From positions 2,108,001 to 2,172,000 of the forward strand of contig OZ218950.1 in NCBI GenBank assembly GCA_965112735.1: a stretch of 64,000 nt of DNA, given 5' to 3'. Of this stretch, positions 1 through 11,822 are shown piece by piece (the first letter of the stretch is position 1; each line of letters begins with the position of its first letter). The position numbers were made by a program, and so were the translations under genes. The notes under the pieces are model-generated. The model searched no databases and was not told where the DNA came from. It saw only the letters and a program-made list of their open reading frames with translations. The DNA is from Phaeosaccion multiseriatum (taxonomy: Eukaryota; Protista; Ochrophyta, other classes).

Positions 1-192
1 ACTGCTGCGCGGCCTGCTGCACAGGCTCAGAGAGGACTACAGACTCAGCGGGCACTTCGAAATGCTCATGTGGTACAAAAGGTACGAGGTGCACGGCTGT
101 CCGCGGTCTTCTTCTCTTCACTCGCTCGCATCACTCCTGTTTGTGTGTGTGTGTGCATGTGTGTGTGTGCATGTGCGTGTGCGTGTGTGTGC

Positions 193-223
<31 letters not shown>

Positions 224-350
224 TGATCGGCAGCAGCGGCAGCAGTGGTGATACAGCAGCGCCGCCTCCGGACTAGAAGGTCGCGTGATCGCGTAACGTG
301 TGGACTTCCTTGCTGCTTGCTCGCTCGCTTCGCTCACACAACACACCTCT

Positions 351-400
<50 letters not shown>

Positions 401-1167
401 CGCCAGAGAACCCACCGGCAAAGAGGGCAGCGGGGGAGGGGCTCACGGGGGCGAGGGACGAGGAGGAGGAGGAGGAGGAGGAGGAGGAGGAGGAGGAGGA
501 GGAGGAGGAGGAGGAGGAGGAGGAGGAGGAGGAGGAGGAGGAGGGGGGGGGGGGGGGAGGGGGAGGAGGAGGAGGAGGAGGAGGAGGAGGAGGAGGAGGA
601 GGAGGAGGAGGAGGAGGAGGAGAAGGAGGAGGAGGAGGAGGAGGAGGAGGAGGAGGAGGAGGAGGAGAAGGAGAAGGAGGCGTAGGCATCAAACGCGCCG
701 GGCGGCGGAGTTTCGAGGCGTCCAAGTTGGCTGTGGCGGTGCAGTACTCACACATGGATGCGGTCAAGTTCCTGCAGGAGGGGGCGAGCGTTATGGAGCA
801 CGTGCGGCGGGGAAACGAGGAGAACCGCCTGGAGGAGGAGCAGCTGGCGTTACAGAAGAAGGAGGAGGGCGGTCGGGATGACGACAAAGGAGGAGGAGGA
901 GGAGGAGGAGGAGGAGGAGGAGGAGGAGGAGACGATAGAGGGAAGCAGCAGAAGCAGCGGCAAAGCCAGAGATGTAACAAGCACAACCGAATGACGGCGT
1001 TCCTCATGCTACAGCAGCTCAAGACGGAGCCTGGTCGGATGGAAGCCCTGATTCGCAAGGGTTGGGCGCTAACGGAGAGGACCAAGGCGGCGGCTGAAGC
1101 GGCGGCGGCGGCGGTTTTGGCACCCGTGCCTCTCATGGATGCAACCGGGCCGCCGGGGGAGGGATAG
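1..1167 (+). CDS. 3' part of an unknown protein with a Gly/Glu-rich low-complexity tract (gene starts upstream of the window)
   Basis: Open frame LLRGLLHRLREDYRLSGHFEMLMWYK ends at a GTACG donor (82). Acceptor cgccag is at 406. The terminal coding segment (SFEASKLAVAVQYSHMDAVKFLQEG...PPGEG*) ends at 1167. The frame across the G homopolymer near 542-557 is uncertain. Confidence 0.5.
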
Positions 1168-1368
1168 TGTGTGCAGTGTGAGCGGCGCAGGAAGGAGAAG
1201 ATAGGAATTTGTAGTTGAAGTTGAAAGTCGATAGGGTCGATACACGATTTCGATGTTCGACGTTTCACTTGCCTTCAACTTGACTTGCCGACCGTTGCCG
1301 TCCTAGTGTCCCACACAACCCGAACACAAAAACTCTTCCACCATATAAAAGGCGATTAAGACAAAGAC

Positions 1369-3680
<2,312 letters not shown>

Positions 3681-3864
3681 GTACGTGCGTGCGTGCGTGC
3701 GTGCGTGCGTGAGTGTGTGAGTGAGTGAGTGAGTGAGTGAGTGAGTGAGTGAGTGAGTGCGTGAATGCGTGTATGCTGCTGCTGAGGCCGGTTGGTTTGG
3801 CTCTTTAGCTGGGGCGGGGGCTGGGTTGGCTGGCTGGCGGCTGGTGGCAAAAGCAAAGAAAAAC

Positions 3865-3993
3865 AAATCGGGGAAATGTTGATTTGTGTTGGGGATATAT
3901 ATGTGCAAATCGGGGAAATGTTGATTTGTGTTGGGGATATATATGTGCAAATCGGGGAAATGTTGATATGTTTTGGGGACATATATATGTGCA
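3865..3993. repeat. 42-bp tandem repeat, 3 copies
   Basis: Unit aaatcggggaaatgttgatttgtgttggggatatatatgtgc; the third copy is diverged. Confidence 0.9.
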
Positions 3994-5367
3994 TGTCGCA
4001 GTGGGGACTGTCGACGCCTTGCAGCGTGTTTGAATACACGGCGAGAGGATTGGCCCCTCGTTACAAGCATTCTGCATGTACACATCTGTGTTCGTAAAGA
4101 AAGGGAAGGTGTATATATTTGGGGATGGGTGTGTTAAAAAAAGACCCGGGACAGGGTGCAAACAGGGAATTGATTGAAAATATTTGTGGGAAGGGTTATT
4201 CATATAAATATGATGGTGATTCGGGTGTTTTTGCAATTCGGGACAGGGTGCAACAGCAGGGGATCGATTGAACATACGTGTGGGGAGGGAGTACGCAATT
4301 GAATTATTGGGGTGTTGTAATTGAAATTGGGATGGGGAGGGGGGGTGTATGTATGCAGTGTACATAAAAAATACATACACATTTGTACATAAATCCCTCT
4401 GTCTTGCGCTTGTTAAATCTTGGACCATAGCAATAGCCGTATCAAGAGCCGTAGCAATAGCCATAGCAATAGCCGTAGCCTGGTAGAGCCACAGACAAGG
4501 TTTCGAAAAAGACAGCTGTCTATCTCTCTCTCTATCCCTCATCTCTTCTCCTCGCCTCTCCTCTCCTGCGCCCCTCTCTAAGGGAGAGATCAAAAGGAGT
4601 GAATGACTAGCTCCGTCGGTCGCTGTGCCCCACCCCCCACACAAGCAGCAGTACCATAGCAGGACCTGCACCCATGAGAGCATGTGTTGCCCTCCCCACC
4701 TCCCATGCACCACATCCCACATCGCACTGTCCCGTGTCCAGGCCTCGCCAGGATACCATCATGGATGACATAAGTCGCCTCGCCCCTCCCTTCCTCTCTC
4801 CCAAGAAGGTAAACATGCACACACCCCTCCCTCCCCCATAGGGTATGGCTGGGGCTGCTGAGGAACGCTCTTCTTCCCTCTCATGCACTTACACACATAC
4901 GACGTACGTAAACATACGTACGGGAGGGAGCCGGCCGACTCGCTCGCTGTATCGCCAAACCAACTCCATCCACACACGTGAGTGAGTGAGTGAGTGGATC
5001 GGCCATTCAGTCGTCCTCAATTCCTACCCTGACCGTGCTCCCATAACTCTTGACGATCGGTCCTGCCCCCCCACCGACGGTAGGGGAGTGAGTGAGGGAG
5101 GGAAGGCTTTCTTAAGAGCTCCATAGGAGTCAGGAGCTGAAGGACCCGACTGCCGCCTGCTTCGACAACACAAGCCCTACACTTACGTCATACGTACACA
5201 CACATCATACATGTAGTGTCACGGGTTTCGCATTGTCGACAGAGGGCCGCAGTCATTCATATCGGCCTGGTCCTGACTCCTGCAGAACTAGTATGTTAGC
5301 CTTTGCCCTGCTCTCCCCCCCGTCGTGGTCTCACCACCATGTCCACTTACTACATGTACGTACACAG

Positions 5368-7876
5368 CTAGGGGTCTGGGTACCGACAGGAGTAGCGTAC
5401 CCCCCGAAAGCTCTTGGGCAGCACGGGCAGCGTCTGATAGTAGTTCTTGCGCACCGTGAGGTGTTGGATGCCTGCGTGTGTGCGTGCGTGCGTGCGTGCG
5501 GGGGGGAGGGAGTGAGCGGGAGGGCAAGAGAGGGAGAGAGCGAGCGAGTGGGAGGGCGAGAGGGCTAGAGAGCAAGAGAGCGAGAGAGCAAGAGAGCGAG
5601 AAAGCTGGAGGGCGAGAGACCAAGAGAGCGAGAGAGCAAGAGAGCGAGAGAGCAAGAGAGCGAGAAGAGGGCAAAAGGCGCATCACAACCATGCAGAAAG
5701 AGGCTGCCTGTAAGAGGGTTTCTAGTGCGGGGTGGGAGGGTATGGGGGTGTCTACTTCGAGTGCAAGTGGGAAAATGACTGCTGAATGCCATGAGGAGAG
5801 AGAGACACACACCAGATACTCCAAGAAACTAGGGGATTCCCCCCTTCTCCCCTCTCCCTTCTCCCCTCTCCTATCCTATACCCTATCGTACCCAACCCAC
5901 CTTCGGGCAGGCGATCAATGGGCGTGTTGAAGTGCCAGCACCTCTCAAACGACACCACTTGGGGTCCTGACTCCCCTACGAACGTTGGCTTTGACGTAAA
6001 GTCCTGCCCAAACGACACCTCCTTGAGCCCCCCGGGGACCTCCGTGTTCTGATTATAGGCACTGCCGAAGCGCACCGCCTCCAAACCCCGGGGAAGCTCC
6101 ACACGCCGATTAAAGGTTCGACCGAAGCGAAGGCGCTTGAGCTTGCCCCCCTGGGGGAGCTGCACCGGGCGGTTGAAAGCGTCGTTAAAAGTCACCTCCT
6201 CCAACCCCTCGGGGACAATGTGCAGCGCTGCCTGGCCTTCACCGCCGCCCCCCGGGGCTTCGGAGTCAATCAAGTGGAGCACTCGGAGACTCGTTGCCTC
6301 GCCGACGCCCCCCCATCGAGCAGCAGCCGCCGCAGCAGCAGCAGTTGGTGCTTCAGCACCACTCACACCTGGCGCCCCCCCCCCCCCTCCTCCTCCTCCT
6401 CCTCCTCCTCCCCCTCCTCCTTTTCGCCTAGGAAGGACGATGCCAGCGTAGGCAGCCTCAGGGACGGTGAGCACAAGCATGTGGGAGTGCGCAGACAGAT
6501 CCAGAGGCTGCCGGAAGGAGCGTCCAAAGTGCACCTCCACGAGAGAGAGAGGCAGGACGCACTCTTGGTTGAAGGAGGGGCCGAAGCGCAGCACTTGGAT
6601 GCCCGGCGGAAGGTCGACTCCTTTGATGAGGTGCGGTGGCAGGGTCAGGCGTTTGAGGCCGGGGGGGAGGTGTCCCTTCAGTAGGCGTCGGTTGAAGGGT
6701 GACTGTATTTGATTGGGGGACACGCCCACACACAGCGAACAGTGATGGGAGAGAGAGGGTGGAGAGAGATGGAGGGGAGGGGAGGGGAGGGGAGGTTCAA
6801 GTGAGGAAGCGCGCGAGCAAACCAAAAAGGTGGGGGGGGTGCTGCTTTCGGATGGAGGGAGGGTGTGAGGTAGAGATGAAGGAGGAGGCAAAGAGCAAGA
6901 TTAAGGGGAGGAGTGGGCGACCCCCAAGAGGAGACTGAAAGGAATAAGTGTAAGAGTAGCCCTTGGGCGATTCAAGATGGGGAGGCGGGGGGTATATACA
7001 CCACATCATCTACTTGCCCTTACAATGCAGTCGGGGCGATGGCAGTCAATGAGGGGGCAACCTTTGCTCTCTTACCGAGGCACTGAAGACCACGGACTCC
7101 AATCGAGAGGGCTCCTGAGGCAGAGCGAGAGGCTGCGTAAACGTCTCCTCCAGTACCACCTCCTTAACACGAGACGCCAGCACCTCCAAGCCCTTGTTTA
7201 CTGCCATGGTGTTCAAGATGTCCTGCTGCTCCCCTTCGTCCTTTTGCTCCTCTTCTCGGCTACTACTGCCACTGCTGCCACTACTGCCACTCCTCACACC
7301 CCAACCACCACCACCACTCCTGCGCTTGCTGCTCCTACTCCTAAAGACGCTAGCGCCACCCTCAAAGTAACCACCGTCACCCTCGCTCTCCTCCTCATCC
7401 TCGCTACTACCTTCCACTTCGACAATGTGCTTTCTGCCCAGTATAGCTCTCTCGGCCTTGAACCTGTTGTTCAGCACCGACTCCAACAGGTAGCCGACAA
7501 CGCGCTCGGGAATACGATCATGCAGCCGGACCGTCCGAGGAGCAATGGACTCCAACCCTCGGCACACACCCCACAGCATGCGAGCGTCCACCTCCCACTC
7601 TCGGAGCACGACGACCAAGAAGCCCTGGCCGAGCAGCTCCGTGTCCATAGGGGTGATTGAGTGTTTCCTTCGGCGCTTGCACCTGGACCTCTCCTGCTCC
7701 TCCTCCCTCTCCTCGTTCTCCTCCTCCTGCTCCTCCTGCTCCTCCTGCTCCTCCTCCTCCTCCTCCTCCACCTCAGTGTTGGCGACTGTTGGCCCCTTCG
7801 CTGTCGGTCCTTTTGCTGCTTCCGCTGCTGCTCTTGCCGCGTTTATCAGACCCGAGCTAGCCATGAGGAAGCTCAT
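5368..7876 (-). CDS. FNIP-repeat (LRR-like) protein; 3' end uncertain
   Basis: Exons 7876-7076, 6702-5901 and 5471-(5401 or 5368) join in frame. Repeats FGPSFNQECVLPLSL, FNDAFNRPVQLPQG, FGRTFNRRVELPRGLEAVRFGSAYNQ and WHFNTPIDRLPEG fit the FNIP consensus (FG..FNQPI...LP.SL..L.). Confidence 0.8.
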
Positions 7877-8147
7877 CTCTCTATTGATATCTGTGTGTTG
7901 TTGGCTTGGTGTGGTGTGTGGGACGGAAGAAAAGAGGGGGTAATAAACTGAAATTTAAACTGACGGCCGATCTCTTCGACCCCTGACACGCCTTCCTGGG
8001 CCGGCTCAACCGCGGAGCAGGTCCTGCCCTCCCTCTCCTCCCAGAGGGAGAGTAAACGCCCCCCCCCCGCTGGCCCCAGGCACACACACACACACACACA
8101 CACACCCACACACACACTTGCAGACACTCCCAGTTTCAGTTTGATTT

Positions 8148-8240
8148 CGGCGCCAGCCAGCGCGCTATCCGTTATCGCCGGCGCCAGCCGGCGCGCTATC
8201 CGCTGTCGGCCATAGCGCGCTATCGGGCCCCCCGGGGACC
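8148..8240. repeat. GC-rich palindromic element, copy A
   Basis: Two ~31-bp direct units (cggcgccagccRgcgcgctatccg...) and the palindrome ATAGCGCGCTAT. Shares sequence with 48896-48994. Confidence 0.75.
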
Positions 8241-8793
8241 AATACCCTCTCTCTCTTCTCTCTCTTTTCCCTCTCCTCTCCTCTTGTACTTACTACCTTC
8301 ACTGACCGCTCACCATGTCTGATACAGCACTACTTACTACCTTCCCAACCCCCTGCCCCCCTTCCATAGTACTACTTACTGACATTGCCCATACGGCGGC
8401 GACTCAAGAGACGAGGGTAGGAAAGGAGAGTCCCAGCGCTGCCCACACAGCCAATCCTTCAAAATTGCCATGCGGAAAGCGCTCAGATACATACAGGCAA
8501 TAGGCCTCCCTGTCCAACCTTGGCGGCCCGAACCATCCCCACCGCTGGCGCTGGTACTGGCACTGTCGCAGTGCCCCCCCCCTCCCTTCCCTTCCCACGC
8601 TACGCCGGCCTTTTCCCCCAGCAGTCGCCTCCTTCTCAACTACTCCGTCCGTCTCTGCCATGCGCTGCCCCTCTCTCTCTCACATACACATATTCTCTCC
8701 CTCTCTCCCATCCCCGCTCCAATCAGGGTGGCATTCCTTACTTGCCCCCCTTTTTTCTCCCTTCTCTCTCGCCAATGCGTTGCTGCTGGCTGC

Positions 8794-9475
8794 CTACGCC
8801 GCCTTGTCCTTCTCTGTGCCTATCCCCGCCTCCTCGACAAGATGGTGCTGGTAGCAAATGTTCTTGAACAGGGGAAGGTCCATAAGGTATTTGACCTTCA
8901 TGTCGAGAGGGTCACAGGCGTCGAGGCGGTAGCGGGGAAGACCCACGGACTCAAAGTACCTGGTGTCAGACATAGGCAGCGACAACACGAGGAGGGGAGA
9001 GGGGAGAGGAGAGGGGACGGGGGAGAGAGAGAGGGAGGGAGTGAGATGCAGGTGGGGAGAAACAGGAAAATAGGGAGAGAGCGCGTGTTGGCAACGTGCA
9101 ACGTCTTCGTAGCGCCTTTGTGGCTCGAGAAGAAGGAAGCTAAACCAAGTATGAAAAGTCATATTCGCTTACGGACCGCTCGAGTGTGAGGTCTTATGCG
9201 GTGAGGGTGAAGGACGGTGATTCACTACGTGTGGTTTGGGAGGGTTGCACCCCAATAACGCTTACGTACCTCATAGGGCCTGCGCTCTGCGTGTGGAAGG
9301 TGGCGATGCGAGCCCTTGCGGTCTCCACGTCAAGATCGTCAGCCCTGAGTGCCGCCATAGCATGGGACAGGGGCGAAGGAGGAAGGGGTGGGTTGGTGCT
9401 TTGATTGGTTGGCGATGATTGAAACGCCACCCACATGTTCCGTCACAATGAGCAGAGCAACAAACACACTGCACT

Positions 9476-9510
<35 letters not shown>

Positions 9511-10790
9511 AGAGGAAGGAAAGACACGTCTGCCTCTCCTTCGGTGGCCTCTGTACCTCGCCTCACGCCCACCCACTTCGCCCCCCCTCCTCACTCCTCC
9601 CACTGTAATGCAAAGAACCAACTAACGTCAACCTGCACCCACCTCCCGCTGGTCTTGCCCCTCTCGAGTATCCTGCTGAGCATCTCCTGATCCGGGCAGT
9701 CAAAGTGAATCAACCCATCTGCGTGCCCAAAGAGGTTGGTAAAGTCTCTGGCGTTGTGTAGGCTGCGAGGGAAGCCGTCCAGCATGACCACTTTGCCCGG
9801 ATTCTGCCCCAGGAACTTGTCCATCAGAGCGAGGACGGTGGAGGCCTCGGCCAGACGGCCTTGCTTCATATCCTCTTCGACCTGGATACCCAGCGGCGTC
9901 TGCTCCCTCACTTCCTTCCGGAGAAGGTCACCCGAAGACACGTGCAGGAGAGACCCCCCTGATGCCTTGACCATCTCTGCACACACAGTCCCCTTGCCGG
10001 AGGCAGGCCCCCCTACCACAAACACCACTCGGAAGGTGGTGAGCAGTCGCCAGCCCAGGACGCTGTTGTTGGTCATGAGGTCCAGGAACTCGGGGAAACT
10101 CAGGCGACCGTCTCCGTCCCTATCCGCCACTGTGATAATGTCGCGCGCCTCTTCCACCGAGATGCGTTGTTTGTTGGTGGTGAACTGCCTGGTCAGCTCT
10201 TCCACTTCTATAAAGCCATTCTTGTCCATGTCGAGACAGTTGAACATGGCCACATAGTCTCGGTTGGTCTGCCCCTCCTCCAGCAGCCAGTTGAAGGCGA
10301 GCCAGAAGTCGTCTTCGCAAATGACGCCATCCTTGTTGGTGTCCGCCATGGTTGTCATCTCCTGGAGCCGTTGGTCGCTCATCACCATTCCCATGCACTT
10401 CATCAACTGACCCAAGCTCTTCTTGTCGAGAGTCACCTGGCCGTTATCCGCCACTTCACCATAACTCAGGAAGAGATTGGCCGCGAGAGCCCGGGGTGTG
10501 CGACAACTCTCGCTGCTTTCGCCCAACCCGCCCATGTGTGGGGAAGAGGGGCTCAGGGTAGAGTGGGGTCGGGCGGGCGGGGCGGGGGGGCTTGTCAGAT
10601 GCCGCCGAGAGACGTGGGGATACGGAGGAGCTCCATTTGTCAGCACGTTGGTACATAGGGACTCCTCGCCATTGCCAGAGGGAGTCCTCCTCCGTCTCTT
10701 ATGACTCTGAGTCGGTCCAGGGGTAGACATTCCCAGGAACGCCGGCGTCCGGCCCACAGCAGCCGCCCTTCGCAAGATTGTCGTCGCCAT
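8794..10790 (-). CDS. EF-hand (calmodulin-like) / adenylate (UMP-CMP-type) kinase fusion
   Basis: Exons 10790-9643, 9344-9270 and 8959-8794 join in frame (SGR|ADD..., GPMR|YFES). EF loops DTNKDGVICEDDF, DMDKNGFIEVEEL and DRDGDGRLSFPEF. Kinase motifs GGPASGKGT, SSGDLLR, LDGFPR and RGKTSGRADD (short LID). Confidence 0.9.
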
Positions 10791-11822
10791 TCTCGGCCCT
10801 CAGGACACAACTGAGGGGCACAGTAACCGGAAGGGGAAGAAGAAGAGGAGGTCAGAGGGGTAAGGGGTGACGGCCAAGCCCTGAAGTGGTGACCGTACGA
10901 GGACAAGACCTTAGCGGTACTCGACTTTGAGATGGGGGAGTGTGTCGGAGAAGTGGCTGGAGAGAAGGGGGACGGAGTGGTCGTGGAAACCAGTAAGCAG
11001 TGGATCCGCATACAGTATCAGGGGAGGTAGGTGGTGAAGTCGTTCTTAAGAAGCAAGCTGAAGGCACCCAGCAAAGAGGGACACACTCACTGCACTGGGT
11101 TAATGACATTGCTTTCTTCGCCCTCGTTCTCTCACTAACCCTTGCTCTGATCGCCGGTGGATCGACGTCAGCGCCTGATATACTGATTGCAAAGATAGCT
11201 GATACTGATGCGTAAATCACAATTTACAACTTTCTTTTTGGGGCCGCTTTTCTTTCGTAAGGACAAGACAAAAACAGTTGATATTGGAACTGAAACTCAC
11301 GTACCCGAGGGGGTGTTTTTTGGACGATGTGGGGCAAGCAAGCCAAGCAAGCAAGTAAAAGCAAAAGAGAGAAAGAGAAGGTACGGGAGCAGACACAGCA
11401 GCGAGAGAGAGGAAGATAGGAGGGACGAGGAGGAGGAAGTGTGTGGCGGGGATGGTGGAAGAGACACAGGAGATCAAATCGTGTGGGCCCGGCTTGGAGA
11501 GCACATGTTGATCGAGGGCACAGATTGTCGGCAGGGGGGGTGGGGAGGACAGCCAAGAGCCTGAATCAGGAGGAAGGTGCCAGCATACTACTGAAACTCT
11601 TTCCTTGTGTATCTCCTGTGCACGCCAAGCCCGATTATCACTCCCTGTGGCCTTCTCTCTGACCCAAATCTTCGCCCCCCTCCCACTGCATATCTCTCTC
11701 TCTCCTCTCCGCCTCCTTGCTTTCGCTATTGCTGCTTCTCAGGCTCTTGGGTAGTATACACTCATCGGTGTTTCCCTGACCGGGAGGAGCCTGAGTGCGG
11801 GCCCTCAGATAAGACAGACGAG

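Noticed and set aside
542-560. Apparent frameshift in the first gene (programmed frameshift or pseudogene)
   Set aside because: It falls in a long G homopolymer within (GGA)n, so a sequencing error is the simpler explanation.
3865-3993. CRISPR-like array
   Set aside because: The repeats are head-to-tail with no unique spacers, there are no cas genes, and the context is eukaryotic. The same applies to 35398-35585.
10800-11600. Short ORFs between the kinase gene and NOP56
   Set aside because: No domain motifs or splice support; probably UTR or divergent promoter.
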